Below are positions 29,530 to 40,996 of a stretch of DNA of 64,000 bases, piece after piece. The stretch lies in contig CAVTDB010000026.1 of assembly GCA_963733375.1 (NCBI GenBank), forward strand, positions 416,001 to 480,000. Reading direction: 5' to 3'. Source of the stretch: Nitrospirota bacterium (GTDB taxonomy: Bacteria > Nitrospirota > JACRHJ01). Made by a program: the position numbers and the translations under genes. The stretch's first letter is position 1. Each line of letters starts with the position of its first letter. The notes beneath the pieces are model-generated. The model saw nothing but the letters and a program-made list of their open reading frames with translations, ran no database searches and had not been told where the DNA came from.

Positions 29530-31296
29530 TTCCTCTTGAACATCTTCTCCAGCTCGTTCAGCCCGAACTTTATCACCGTCGGTCTGCCGTGTGCGCAGGT
29601 GTATGGCATCTCGCAGGAGAAGAGTTGTTCTATGAGCCGCTCCATTGCGTACGGGTGCAATTTTTTGCCAGCCTTGACGGCGCTCTTGCAGGCGACCGAT
29701 TTGCAAATTTTTTCCCGAAGCTCCTCCGCCTTCCCTTTCACGTCCGCGCTTTCCAGCTCGGATACCAGCCCCAGCACCACTTCCTTTATGTCCGCCTTCT
29801 CAAGGAACAGCGGCTTTGAGCGGATGAGGAAACTCCCGCCGCCGAAAGGCTCCGCATCTATGCCCAGTTCCTTAAGCTCCGGCAGGACGGCCTCAAGGAG
29901 CGCCGCCTCCTTCGCGGTAAGCTCTATGCGCTCCGGGACCAGTAACCCTTGCGAGGATTCCCCGTGCTTGCCGAACCGGGCCTTCACCTTTTCATACTGC
30001 ACGCGCTCGTGCGCCGCGTGCTGGTCGATTAAGATAAAGCCGTCTTCTCTCCTGGCAATGATGTAGGAATCCATAACCTGCATGGGGAACTCCCGGCTGA
30101 ATTCCCGTTCCGGTTCCGGATGTACATTCCTCTCCGTGTGGAGCGGAATCCTCTCCTGGCGGTGCTCATACGTACTCCCCTCTCCCGGCGCTCCGCGCCA
30201 CCCTCTCCCACAGGTGGAGAGGGAAAGCGGGAGGGGATATTATACGGCGGGGCGAATGGGGCAGGGGCCTCGCGCACTGTGCCGGCATCCATGAAGGCAT
30301 CGGCGCCGGGGGCGCACTCGGAGCTTTTCAGCGCACAGATAACAGCCTCTTTTATAGTCCTCTGCACCCCTTGCGCATCCGCGAAACGGACCTCCCTCTT
30401 GGCCGGATGCACGTTCACGTCCACCTGAGAGGGTTCTATATCTATGAACAGGATTGATGCCGGGTGCCGCTCCTTCATCAGCAGCGACTCGTATGCATCG
30501 TAAAGGGCGCGGGTTATCACACGGTCCTTCACGGGCCGGTGGTTCACGAAGGTCTCCTGCCTTGAGCGGTCGGAGAAGGTGCTTCCCGGCGCGGAGACGA
30601 AACCATGAACACGGCATGCTCCGCCGCCGTTATTTATCTCCGAGAGTCCCTTCGCGAAGTCTCTTCCGTAAACCTGGGCCACCCGCTCCCTGAGCTCCCG
30701 GACCGGCGGGCAATCGAACAATTCCTTGCCGTCACTTGTCAGCCTGAAATGGACCATCGGGTGCGCAAGCGCCAGCCTCTCAACCGTCGCCGCGATATGC
30801 GACAGCTCGGTCTCCCGGCTCTTTAAGAACTTAAGCCTCGCCGGGGTATTGAAGAATAAGTCGCGCACCTCCGCCGTGGTCCCCCTGGCCGCGCCGACCT
30901 CCTTCACGCCCTGGATTTTTCCGCCTTCGATTAGATCAATGAGCCGTGGCCCTCACCCGTGGAGGTGGTGAGCCTGAACCGTGAAACCGATGCGATGGAC
31001 GGGAGCGCCTCGCCCCGAAAGCCCATGGTGGAGATTGACAAGAGACCTTCGTCGGAACTCAGCTTGCTGGTGGCATGGCGTTCGAATGCCAGGAGTGCGT
31101 CGTCCGGGGACATCCCCGAGCCGTCGTCGATTATCTTTATTACCTTGGTCCCGCCGCCCCCCGTCTCGATGAATATCCGGGATGCGCCCGAATCGAGGGA
31201 GTTTTCGACCAGTTCCTTCACCACCGACGCCGGACGCTCCACCACTTCTCCGGCGGCGATTTTATTGGCGATATTTTCAGGAAGGATTTTAATCAT
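29526..31296 (-). CDS. mutL: DNA mismatch repair protein MutL (at least two indels)
   Basis: [39 protein letters not shown]. Confidence 0.96.
30177..30223. repeat. CCCTCTCCC-type palindromic repeat within the mutL linker
   Basis: CCCCTCTCCC-GGCGC-TCC-GCGCC-A-CCCTCTCC-CACAGGT-GGAGAGGG, two hairpins. Confidence 0.7.
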
Positions 31297-31745
31297 GTTC
31301 CAGTGTGCCCGAATCCTCCGTCCCCGCGTTTAGTTCCGTTTAGTTCTTCGACGTGGATCAGCTCCGCCCGGACCACCTCGTTTATCACCATCTGGGCGAT
31401 GCGGTCGCCGCGTTTTATGGTAAACGGCTCTTCACCGAAATTAATCAGTATGACCTTTATCTCGCCGCGGTAATCGGCATCCACCGTCCCCGGTGCATTG
31501 ACCAGGCTTATGCCGTGTTTCGCGGCCAAACCGCTCCTCGGGCGCACCTGTGCCTCATACCCTTCCGGAAGCTCGATGGATATGCCAGTAGGGACAAGCG
31601 CCCATTTTCCGGATGGGACAACCAGCTGCCCGTCCACCGCGGCCAAGAGGTCCATCCCCGCGGAATGCTCCGTCTGGTACGACGGCAGAGGCAGGTCTTC
31701 GCTTTCAGGTAATTTCTTTATTTTTATTTTTAGTTGTACGGGCAT
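31293..31745 (-). CDS. dut: dUTP diphosphatase
   Basis: [32 protein letters not shown]. Confidence 0.97.
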   Translation of the reverse strand: MPVQLKIKIKKLPESEDLPLPSYQTEHSAGMDLLAAVDGQLVVPSGKWALVPTGISIELPEGYEAQVRPRSGLAAKHGISLVNAPGTVDADYRGEIKVILINFGEEPFTIKRGDRIAQMVINEVVRAELIHVEELNGTKRGDGGFGHTGT

Positions 31746-31749
31746 TTCT

Positions 31750-33006
31750 TTAATGGACGGGGATTTCTTTTTGAAGCTCTGCCTTCTCTATCGGCCCCAG
31801 GGCGCTCATGGCTATTTCCTCGCTGCCGAAAAGCTCATGCACCAGCCTGTTCACCTGTTCCGCATCCACCTTCTCGATTTCCGCGATTATCTCGTCCAGG
31901 GTGTAGCGGCGGCCCAGGTACATCTCCTGTTTCGCGAGCTGGCTCATCCGGTTGTACGTATTCTCCATGCCGAGGACCATATTTCCTTTAAGCTGTTCTT
32001 TTACCTTCTCCAGTTCGTCTTTCGTCACGCCCTCCTCCCGCAGCTTCTTTATCTCTTTCCAGATAACCCTGACCACCGATGCGGCCTTGGAAGGGCTGAC
32101 CCCGGCATAGATGACGAATAGGCCGGTATCTTTCAAGGAAGTGAGGTATGAATAGACGGAATAGGCAAGCCCGCGCTTCTCGCGTATCTCCTGAAAAAGC
32201 CTGGAACTCATACTGCTCCCCAGCAGGGTATTCAGGGCATACATCCCGAACCGGTCCTTGTGCGAGTACGGCAGCCCCTTCGCGCCCATGCAGACATGGA
32301 CCTGCTCCAGCTTCCGGTGTCTCACGTTGATGGCCGGCTTGAAACCGGCTGAATCGCTCTGGGGCCTTGCCTTCTTCTTTTTCCTCCCGCCGAAGCTTTT
32401 GTCCAGCGTCTCCATCAGGAGGTCGTGGTCGAAATTGCCGGCGGCGGAGATAACGATCTCGGAGGGCACGTAATAATCTTTCATGTAGTTGATAAGGTTT
32501 TCGCGTGACAGGCCGCTCATGCTCTTCCGGGTCCCTAAAACGGGCTGACCAAGCGGGGTGCCCTTCCAGACCGATTCGTAGAGGAGCTCATGCACCAGGT
32601 CGTCGGGCGTATCCTCGACCATCTTTATCTCCTCCAGTATCACCTTGCGCTCACGGTCGAGCTCTTTCTGGTCGAATATGGAGTTGTTGAAGATGTCGGT
32701 CAGGAGGTCCACGGCGCGGAACAGGTGTTCGTCCAGGACCTTTACGTAATAGGTCGTGCCTTCTTTGCTGGTGAACGCGTTGAGCTCGCCGCCCATGGAG
32801 TCCATCTCGATGGCGATGTCCCGCGCGCTCCTCCTGTTTGTGCCCTTGAAGAGCATGTGCTCTATGAAATGGGATACACCGCTCAGCTCCGGGGATTCGT
32901 CCCTCGCGCCCACGTTTATCCAGACGCCGAGCGATACGGACCGGACGTGGTTTATCCGCTCGGTCACTACGCGCATCCCGTTATCTAACAGTTCTCTTTT
33001 ATACAT
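31750..33006 (-). CDS. M16 (pitrilysin) family peptidase
   Basis: HFIEH inverted zinc motif, [15 protein letters not shown]. Confidence 0.93.
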   Translation of the reverse strand: MYKRELLDNGMRVVTERINHVRSVSLGVWINVGARDESPELSGVSHFIEHMLFKGTNRRSARDIAIEMDSMGGELNAFTSKEGTTYYVKVLDEHLFRAVDLLTDIFNNSIFDQKELDRERKVILEEIKMVEDTPDDLVHELLYESVWKGTPLGQPVLGTRKSMSGLSRENLINYMKDYYVPSEIVISAAGNFDHDLLMETLDKSFGGRKKKKARPQSDSAGFKPAINVRHRKLEQVHVCMGAKGLPYSHKDRFGMYALNTLLGSSMSSRLFQEIREKRGLAYSVYSYLTSLKDTGLFVIYAGVSPSKAASVVRVIWKEIKKLREEGVTKDELEKVKEQLKGNMVLGMENTYNRMSQLAKQEMYLGRRYTLDEIIAEIEKVDAEQVNRLVHELFGSEEIAMSALGPIEKAELQKEIPVH

Positions 33007-33029
33007 GGCGTTACCTAAGATATTACCAT

Positions 33030-33069
33030 AAAAAAAAGGAAACGAGCCAAGTCATTGCCCATTTCCCTT
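33030..33069 (-). terminator. Intrinsic terminator after pnp
   Basis: GGGAAATGGGC..GCTCGTTTCCT stem with G-U pairs, followed by a long T run. Confidence 0.7.
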
Positions 33070-33095
33070 CTTTTCTTCGCGTTTATCTTATTGCC

Positions 33096-35192
33096 TTAGT
33101 CTTGCTTCGCCTTTAAATCCTTGGCCGCTTCCTTGGCCGAGAGGCGTATCTTGCCCTGGCGGTCAACTTCCAGGACCTTCACCATTATCTCGTCGCCTTC
33201 CTTAAGCTCATCGGCGACATTCGTCACCCTGTGCTCGGCGATCTGGGAGATATGCACCAGGCCGTCCGTCCCCGGCGTAATCTCGACGAAGGCGCCGAAG
33301 TCCATGATCTTCCGGACCTTGCCTTTATAAATCTTGCCTATCTCCGGCTCCATGACGATTCCCTGGATGATGTCGATGGCCTTCTTTGCGGCGGCCTCAT
33401 CCGAGGAAGCTATGTTTATAACGCCGGTGTCCTCGATATCAATCTTGCAGCCGGTTTCCTCCACTATGCCCCTTATCACCTTGCCGCCGGAGCCTATTAC
33501 CTCTCGTATCTTGTCCGGCTTTATCTGGATGGTGAATATCCTGGGGGCGTGCGGGGAGAGGTTCGCCCTGGGCTCCGGCAGCGCGTCCAGCATCCTGCCA
33601 AGGATATGGAGCCGGCCTTCCTTCGCCTGGGCAAGGGCTTCCTTCATCAGGGCCTTGGTGACGCCGCCTATCTTTATGTCCATCTGCAGGGCGCAGACGC
33701 CTGCACTTGTGCCGGTCACCTTGAAATCCATGTCGCCCAGATGGTCTTCAAGCCCAAGGATGTCCGAGAGTACGACGTACTTCTCGTCTTCCTTTATAAG
33801 CCCCATCGCTATCCCGGCCACCGGCGCCGTTATGGGCACGCCTGCATCCATCAGGGCGAGCGTTCCGCCGCAGACGGAGGCCATTGACGAGCTGCCGTTC
33901 GACTCGGTGATGTCCGAGACTATACGGATGGTGTACGGGAATTTCTCCTTCACCGGGATTACCTGCCTGAGCGATTTTTCCGCCAGGGCGCCGTGGCCTA
34001 TCTCGCGCCTTCCGGGGCCGCGCAGGAATTTGGCTTCGCCTACGGAGTACGGCGGGAAGTTGTAGTGGAGCATGAACGGCTTGTAGCTTACGCCTTCGAG
34101 CGCGTCTATCATCTGCGCGTCATCGGAGGTGCCGAGAGTCGCGGTAACGAGCGCCTGGGTCTCGCCTCTCGTGAAGAGCGCCGAGCCGTGCGTCCTGGGG
34201 AGTATGCTCGTATCGCAGGTTATCTGGCGGATGTCCCGGACACCCCTGCCGTCAGCGCGGACACCCCTCTCCAGTATCATCTTCCTGACCATATCCCTTT
34301 CGATATCGTGGAAGATGATGCTGATGTTCCTTACTCTGGTGATGTCGTCCCCGCCGATCTCCGCCGTTATTTCCGACTGGAGGTTGTCTAACGACTTCTG
34401 GCGCTCGGTCTTGTTGGGGATCGCGATAAACTCGCTTATGCCGGAGACGGCTTTCGCCTTGACTTCCTCCACCAGCGCGGAGTCTATCTTGATCTCCTTG
34501 ACCGTGCGCTTCTCTAACCCGGCCTGCTCACGGAGCTTCTCCTGGAGCGCGACGCCCTTCTTTATCTCTTCGTGCGCCAGTTCCAGGGCGTCCAGCATGA
34601 CGTCCTCGCTGACCTCGGCCGCCCAGGACTCTACCATCATTATGGCTTCTTTCGTCCCGGCGACGGTGAGTTCGAGCTTCGTCTGCTCCATCTCCTTGAG
34701 GGTCGGGTTGACGACGAACTTGCCGTCCACCATCCCGATCCGTACGGCGCTGACAGGTCCGTTAAACGGGATATCGGAAATGGAAAGGGCCGCCGACGCG
34801 GCGATCATCCCCATTATGTCAGAGACGTTCTCCTCGCCGAATGAAAGGACGTTGGCTATTATCTGCGTCTCGCAGAGGAACCCTTTCGGGAACAGGGGCC
34901 GAAGCGGCCTGTCGATCAACCGGGAGGTGAGGGTTTCCTTCTCGGTGAGCCTGCCTTCCCTCTTGAAGAATCCGCCGGGTATCTTGCCAGCGGCGTAAGT
35001 CTTCTCGAGGTAATCGCACGTAAGGGGGAAGAAGTCCTGCCCCTCCCGCTCAACCTTTGAAGAGACTGCCGTGGCGAGGACTACGGTGTCCCCGAATGTC
35101 GCTATAACCGCACCGCTCGCCTGCCGGGCAATCTTGCCCGTCTCCAGGGTGAGGGTGCCCTCCCTTAAGGGCATTTCTACTTTATGAACCAT
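33096..35192 (-). CDS. pnp: Polyribonucleotide nucleotidyltransferase
   Basis: GKIPGGFFKREG, RREIGHG, DMDFKV; KH and S1 domains. Confidence 0.98.
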   Translation of the reverse strand: MVHKVEMPLREGTLTLETGKIARQASGAVIATFGDTVVLATAVSSKVEREGQDFFPLTCDYLEKTYAAGKIPGGFFKREGRLTEKETLTSRLIDRPLRPLFPKGFLCETQIIANVLSFGEENVSDIMGMIAASAALSISDIPFNGPVSAVRIGMVDGKFVVNPTLKEMEQTKLELTVAGTKEAIMMVESWAAEVSEDVMLDALELAHEEIKKGVALQEKLREQAGLEKRTVKEIKIDSALVEEVKAKAVSGISEFIAIPNKTERQKSLDNLQSEITAEIGGDDITRVRNISIIFHDIERDMVRKMILERGVRADGRGVRDIRQITCDTSILPRTHGSALFTRGETQALVTATLGTSDDAQMIDALEGVSYKPFMLHYNFPPYSVGEAKFLRGPGRREIGHGALAEKSLRQVIPVKEKFPYTIRIVSDITESNGSSSMASVCGGTLALMDAGVPITAPVAGIAMGLIKEDEKYVVLSDILGLEDHLGDMDFKVTGTSAGVCALQMDIKIGGVTKALMKEALAQAKEGRLHILGRMLDALPEPRANLSPHAPRIFTIQIKPDKIREVIGSGGKVIRGIVEETGCKIDIEDTGVINIASSDEAAAKKAIDIIQGIVMEPEIGKIYKGKVRKIMDFGAFVEITPGTDGLVHISQIAEHRVTNVADELKEGDEIMVKVLEVDRQGKIRLSAKEAAKDLKAKQD

Positions 35193-35212
35193 GTAATAGT
35201 TTTTCTCCAGTC

Positions 35213-35482
35213 TTATTTTCTGAGGCCCATTTCTTCGACCATCCTCTTGTAGCGGTCAACGCTCTTTTTCTTGAGGTAGTCAAGGAGCCTTCTCCTGCGT
35301 CCGACCATTTTTAAAAGCCCGCGCCTTGAGTGGAAATCCTTTTTGTGGGCCTTAAAATGTTCGGTAAGATATTTAATCCGCTCGCTCAGGAGTGCGATCT
35401 GGACCTCCGGCGAACCGGTATCTGTGTCGTGTACTTTAAATTTTCCTATTAAATCCTGTTTCATGTCCTTCTCCAGCGCCAT
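35213..35482 (-). CDS. rpsO: 30S ribosomal protein S15
   Basis: [23 protein letters not shown]. Confidence 0.98.
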   Translation of the reverse strand: MALEKDMKQDLIGKFKVHDTDTGSPEVQIALLSERIKYLTEHFKAHKKDFHSRRGLLKMVGRRRRLLDYLKKKSVDRYKRMVEEMGLRK

Positions 35483-35579
35483 CTCTGTTACCTCCTTCCC
35501 ATGGAATTGCCAGTCATTGAATATTGATAGTCCATAAACTCAAAAACTAACATAACCATCATAGTTTGTAAAGCTTTTT

Positions 35580-36476
35580 TTAAATCAGCACCACCTTGGG
35601 CAGTATCGGGTTTTTTGCCCCTTCGCCTGCCGGTTCACCGATAGCCAAAAGCTTTCCGGATTCATCCATCAGACGGACCGGCGTACCTTCCCGCAACTCC
35701 GGCATTAAAATGAAATCGTCATGCGCCGGCGGCCTCCCATGGCATACGTCTTCCACCCCGCGCGGGGTCAACCTGACCGCCGGGAGTTCCGGCAGAAGCA
35801 TATCGATTTGCATTACTCTCTTGCACGCCTCATCGGGGGCCGGCTTCGGCTCAAGGGACAGCGCGTCTTCCACCTTATATAGTCCGGCCGCCGTCCTTCG
35901 CAGCTGGACCAGATGTCCGCATGTCCCCAATGCCTCGGATATATCCCTGGCCAGAGAGCGGATGTAGGTGCCGCTTGAGCATAGGGCATGGAATGAAAGT
36001 TCGTCTCCCGAGAGTTCCAGAAGTTCCAGCGAATCTATCACTACCCGCCTCGGCGGGGCCTGAACCAGAAGACCCTTCCTGGCCTGCCTGTACAGCGGCT
36101 CTCCGCCGATTTTCACTGCGGAATAGGCGGGCGGGACCTGTTCAATTTCCCCGGTGAAGCGGGAAAAAACTTCCTCCACTTTCCGCCTGTCAAGCGCGGG
36201 CACGGACATTTCGCGTATTATTTTCCCCTCGGCGTCAAGCGTATCCGTCTCGCATCCCAGCTTTACGGTAGCAGTATATTCTTTTTTATTGCCGCCGTAA
36301 AATTTTGCGAGCCGCGTCGCTTTGCCCAGGAGGACGAGCAGGAGTCCAGTCGCGGCGGGGTCGAGCGTACCCGTATGTCCGGTGCGTTTTTCTTTCAGCA
36401 GTCCGCGCAGGAATGAGACCGCGTCGTGAGAGGTCCAGCCAAGCGGCTTGTCGATCAGGATGAGTCCGTCCATCAA
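35580..36476 (-). CDS. truB: tRNA pseudouridine(55) synthase
   Basis: DKP, GHTGTLDP, SSGTYIRSL. Confidence 0.96.
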   Translation of the reverse strand: MMDGLILIDKPLGWTSHDAVSFLRGLLKEKRTGHTGTLDPAATGLLLVLLGKATRLAKFYGGNKKEYTATVKLGCETDTLDAEGKIIREMSVPALDRRKVEEVFSRFTGEIEQVPPAYSAVKIGGEPLYRQARKGLLVQAPPRRVVIDSLELLELSGDELSFHALCSSGTYIRSLARDISEALGTCGHLVQLRRTAAGLYKVEDALSLEPKPAPDEACKRVMQIDMLLPELPAVRLTPRGVEDVCHGRPPAHDDFILMPELREGTPVRLMDESGKLLAIGEPAGEGAKNPILPKVVLI

Positions 36477-37444
36477 GCGGTGAATCTCTTCATGTGCTCA
36501 AATACCTTCGGGAGGACGAAATCTTTGGTTTTTTCAAGAGGCATGTCAACGACCGCGCCGGACGCGTTGGGATGCCCTCCGCCGCCCAGGCTTTCGGCAA
36601 GCGTGGAGACGTCCACCCTGCCCTTGGAGCGGAAGCTGATCTTTACTTTGCTTGGCCCAGCCTCCCGGAAAAGCACGGCCGCCTCCACACCTTTTATCGC
36701 GCGCGGATAATTAATGAAGCCGTCCGTGTCCTCCGCCTTCGTGCCCGTCACGCTGTAAAATTCTTCCTTCACCGTGACCCAGGATACCAGGCCGTCCTCG
36801 CTGATTTCCAGCCCCGCAAGGACCAGGCCCAAAAGCTTCATTCTGCCGAAGGACTTCGTCTCGTAGATGTTTTCCGCGATCTGCCACGTTTCTACTCCGT
36901 AACCCAGGAGCTTTGCCGATTTGGAGAGGGCGTCCGCGTCCGTATTGGTGTACCTGAAAGAGCCCGTGTCGGTGAATATGCAGGTATAGAGGTTGGTCGC
37001 TATATCCTTGTCGATCGGCGCATTCATAAACAGGAGCAAGTCGTAGACCATCTCCCCCGCCGCGGCCGCTTCCGGGTTCACCCAGTACACGTCCGCCGTC
37101 TTCGGGTTGGTTACATGATGGTCGACGTTAATTATTTTTTTTATCGGGGCGCCTTTGATTTTAAGTCCCGTCCGCTCCGGCTCGCAGTCCACCACGACCA
37201 GCGCGTCGTGCGGCTCTGTAATTTCCGTCCCTATCCTGATAAGCCCGGACCCGGGCAGGAAATGGAGGAACTCCGGCACCGGATCGGCATTCAATATTGT
37301 CACCTTCTTCCCCATCTTGATGAGGGAGAGGGCAAGCCCAAGCTCCGATCCTATGGCGTCCCCTTCAGGGCTTACGTGTGTGGAAATGACAAGGCTGTCA
37401 AGGCCTTTAATCGCCTCGGCGACGCCCTCTATCCCGTGAGTCAT
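36473..37444 (-). CDS. nrnA: DHH-family oligoribonuclease/pAp phosphatase
   Basis: DHH, DTGSF, SFRS, GGGH. Confidence 0.88.
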   Translation of the reverse strand: MTHGIEGVAEAIKGLDSLVISTHVSPEGDAIGSELGLALSLIKMGKKVTILNADPVPEFLHFLPGSGLIRIGTEITEPHDALVVVDCEPERTGLKIKGAPIKKIINVDHHVTNPKTADVYWVNPEAAAAGEMVYDLLLFMNAPIDKDIATNLYTCIFTDTGSFRYTNTDADALSKSAKLLGYGVETWQIAENIYETKSFGRMKLLGLVLAGLEISEDGLVSWVTVKEEFYSVTGTKAEDTDGFINYPRAIKGVEAAVLFREAGPSKVKISFRSKGRVDVSTLAESLGGGGHPNASGAVVDMPLEKTKDFVLPKVFEHMKRFTA

Positions 37445-37815
37445 TCCCCCTCCTCCTCGTCCTCTTTAATATCCAGGCCCCGGAGAAGTTCCAGGATCCT
37501 CGAACCTTTTTCAATGGATTCGTCCAACTGGAAGAAAAGCTCCGGAGTCGAGCGGATCTGAAGCCTGTGCCCAAGTTCGGTACGCAGGAAACTGCTCCCG
37601 CTTTTGAGGCCCTTCAGGGCCTCCTTCTTCCTCGCCTCGTCGCCTATTATGCTGACGAATACCCTGGCGTTCCTTAAGTCGTCGCTTACTTTTACATAGG
37701 TTATCGTGACGAAGCCTACTCTAGGGTCCTTGGTTTTCCGAAGCAGGATGTCGGAAAGCTCCACCCGTATCTGTTCGCCGACCCTGTCGGCGCGTTTATA
37801 GTCGTGTGATTTCAT
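37441..37815 (-). CDS. rbfA: Ribosome-binding factor A
   Basis: KDPR, SDDL..A, PELFF..D. Confidence 0.95.
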   Translation of the reverse strand: MKSHDYKRADRVGEQIRVELSDILLRKTKDPRVGFVTITYVKVSDDLRNARVFVSIIGDEARKKEALKGLKSGSSFLRTELGHRLQIRSTPELFFQLDESIEKGSRILELLRGLDIKEDEEEGE

Positions 37816-37825
37816 ATTCCATAAC

Positions 37826-37864
37826 TCTCCCTTAAATCCCCATCTTAATCTTAAGAAGGGGAGT
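37826..37864. repeat. Small intergenic palindromic element
   Basis: CCCCATCTTA-ATCT-TAAGAAGGGG hairpin between DUF503 and rfbA-side gene rbfA. Confidence 0.5.
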
Positions 37865-37876
37865 TCAGGTGCGTTA

Positions 37877-38158
37877 CTATAATACCTCTATTTGATAATC
37901 TATTAATTCGAGGCTGGTATTGGAGCGGATTAAATCCACTACCTTGTTCAGTACGTCCGAGGTAAAGGCTTTTTCCCCGGACACGCAGGCCACGCCCAGC
38001 GTCGCCCTCTGCCAGAGGTCCTGGTTGTCCACTTCCGCGACGGAGACGTTGAACTTGCCGCGTATCCGGTCTTTCAGGCCTTTTACGACGCTCCGCTTGC
38101 TCTTTAAAGAACCTGCGTCATAAACGACTATCTCTACTGTAAGTATCCCAACGAACAT
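37877..38158 (-). CDS. DUF503 (YlxP) protein
   Basis: SLKSKR, FNVSVAEV, QDLWQ; canonical position between infB and rbfA. Confidence 0.9.
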   Translation of the reverse strand: MFVGILTVEIVVYDAGSLKSKRSVVKGLKDRIRGKFNVSVAEVDNQDLWQRATLGVACVSGEKAFTSDVLNKVVDLIRSNTSLELIDYQIEVL

Positions 38159-38161
38159 AAA

Positions 38162-40993
38162 TTAAAGTTTCGTTGCGAGTTTTTCCACGTCATAGGCCTC
38201 AATGACGTCACCGACTTTGATGTCGTTGAAGTTCTCGACGCCTATGCCGCATTCGTATCCTGTCTGGACTTCGCGCACGTCTTCTTTAAAACGCTTCAGC
38301 GAGGACAGCTTGCCTTCAAATACCACCACGTTGTCCCGGAGCACCCTGACTCCCGCGCTCCCTCTGGTGATAACGCCGTCCAGGACGTAGCATCCGGCGA
38401 TAAGGCCTATTTTCGGCACGCTGAACGTCTGACGGACCTCCGCGCGTCCGAGTACCTTCTCCTTGAGCGTCGGCTCCAGCAGACCTTCCATCGCCAGCCG
38501 GATCTCATCGATTGCGTTGTAGATAATGTTGTATAGCCTTACGTCCACACCCTCCGCCTCCGCAAGCTGGGATGCCTTGGGCTCCGGACGGATATTGAAA
38601 CCTATGATAATGGCGTTAGACGCCGACGCCAGCATCACGTCGGACTCCGTTATCGCGCCGACCGAGCCGTGTATCACGTTCAGCTTCACCGCCTCCGTGG
38701 ACAGCTTGGTGAGCGACTCCGAGACCGCCTCCACCGAGCCCTGCACGTCGGCCTTTATTATGATATTAAGCTCTTTGACCTCGCCCTTCTGTATCTGCGA
38801 GAACAGGTCGTCGAGCGTAACTCTCTTGTGGAGGGCAAGCTCCGCTTCTCTCACTTTCTGCATCCTGGACTGGGCGACCTGGCGGGCCTTCTTCTCGTCT
38901 TCCATCACGACGAACGAATCTCCCGCCTGCGGGACTCCGGAGAGCCCTATGACCTCGACCGGATATGAAGGCGTGGCCTCCTTCTCTTTCTTGCCTTTGT
39001 CGTTTAAGAGCATCCTTATGCGTCCGGAGTGCTGGCCTGTCACGAATACGTCTCCGGGCCTGATGGTCCCGGTGGAGACCAGCACTGTGGCCACGGGGCC
39101 GCGTCCCTTGTCAAGTTTGGCCTCGATGATAGTGCCATGGCCGGGCTTGTTCGGGTTTGCCTTCAGCTCCATTACGTCCGCCTGGAGGAGTATCATCTCG
39201 AGAAGGCTTTCGATGCCGATGCGCTTCTTCGCGGATACCGGGACGAATATCGTATCGCCTCCCCAGTCCTCCGGCACAAGGCCCTGGTCGGAAAGTTCCC
39301 TCTTCACCCTGTCCTGGTCCGCTTCAGGCTTGTCTATCTTGTTTATCGCGACGATAATGGGCACTTTCGCCGCTTTTGAATGGTTAATGGCTTCCAGGGT
39401 CTGGGGACGCACGCCGTCTTCCGCCGCCACGACCAGGACGACTATGTCCGTCACCTGTGCACCCCTCGCCCTCATCGCGGTAAAGGCCTCGTGGCCCGGG
39501 GTGTCCAGGAATACTATATCCTTATCCTTCAGGCGCACCCTGTATGCGCCGATGTGCTGGGTGATGCCGCCGGCTTCATCCTTCGTGACGCTCGTCTGGC
39601 GGATCGCGTCAAGGAGCGAGGTCTTGCCGTGGTCGACGTGCCCCATGATGGTGACGATGGGCGGACGCGGCCTCAGGTCCTCCGGGCGGTCCTGTTCCTC
39701 TTCGACAAAAGCCTCCTCGTCGGTTATCGGCGTTACGTCCACCTTCAGGCCGTACTGGTCCGCCAGGAGTACCGCGGCGTCCGTATCTATGGCGTTATTG
39801 ATGGTCGCCATCATACCCATCTCGAAAAGCTTTTTAATTACATCGCCGGATTTGACGCCTATCTTGTCGGCGAAATCCTTAACCGTAATGCCCTCGGTAA
39901 TCTTCACGGCCTTTTTCCTTGCCACGGTTGAGGCGATATCCTCCACGGCCGCGGCAGCAGCTGAAGGGGCCTGATGTTTCTGATGGCTTCTGAAATCCTG
40001 CTTCTGGCCCCTCTTTTTCGACCCTCTGAAATCCTGCCACTTCTGAGGTCCGCCCCCTTCTTTTTTGGGGAAGGTGGTCTCCGGCCCGGTCGGTTTTTTC
40101 TTTACGGTCTGAAGGCGGTTTTTCAGCTTGGACGAAATCGTAGGCACCTTATCGACGCCGTCCATCACTTCCACTTCCGTCCGGACCGGCTTGGGTCCCT
40201 TCGACTTTTTCAGTTTTGCGAGCGCCTCTTTTGCCGCTTGCTCCTTCTGCGCCGGCGTCTGCTGCTGGGCGCGGCGCGGGACGAGAAGGCCTGCTGTTGC
40301 GCCAAGGCGAGTTCCTTCTTCCTGAGAGCGTCCGCCGCAAGACGGTCGAGCATTTCCTGGGGTACAACCTGCCTTGTAGGCGCTTCCGGTATCGACGGCG
40401 CCTTAGGCTGCTCCTGCACGGCAGGTTCCGCCGTTTTTACCTCGGCCGCCACGGGCTCCTCAGGCGCTTTAGGCTCCTCGGTCGCCGTGACTTCATGTAC
40501 CGCAGCTTCCTGGACGGGAGGGCCGCGAGGCGGTTTCTATTTTTTCTTCAGTCGGCGGCTGTTCAACGGGCTTTACCTCGATCTTCGGTTTTATGATTTC
40601 CGCGGTCCCCGCGCCGGGGCTGGTAGCCACCGCGGTAGTATTCCTGTGCTTGAAGAAGCTCCCGAAACGGGAAATAGGAGCCGGTTTTTCCATCTCCGCC
40701 TTTTCTACTTTTTTGGCGGCCGCCGGTCTTGCTTCTTCGTCGGAAGAGGGCTCGGAAGGGGCCGATTTGATTTTGACGGCGCCGGAAGGTTTTGAGCCAA
40801 GCTTCAACACTTCCGGTTTCACCGGTTTATCCTTGGCCTTTCCGAACTTGTCCCGGATCAGCTTTACCTGGCTCTCTTCGAGACTCGACGAGTGGCTTTT
40901 TACCGCCGCTCCCGCCCGCTCAAGCTCGGCAAGGATCTCTTTGTTATCGACATTGAATTCCTTCGCGAGGTCATAGACTCTCGGTTTTGCCAT
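38162..40993 (-). CDS. infB: Translation initiation factor IF-2 (indels in the N-terminal linker)
   Basis: RVYDLAKE N-domain; [18 protein letters not shown]. Confidence 0.97.
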
Positions 40994-40996
40994 TGG

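Noticed and set aside
32590-40795. Long plus-strand ORFs such as 38526-39974, 36494-37561 and 34129-34998
   Set aside because: Antisense shadows of GC-rich housekeeping genes, with no motifs or RBS
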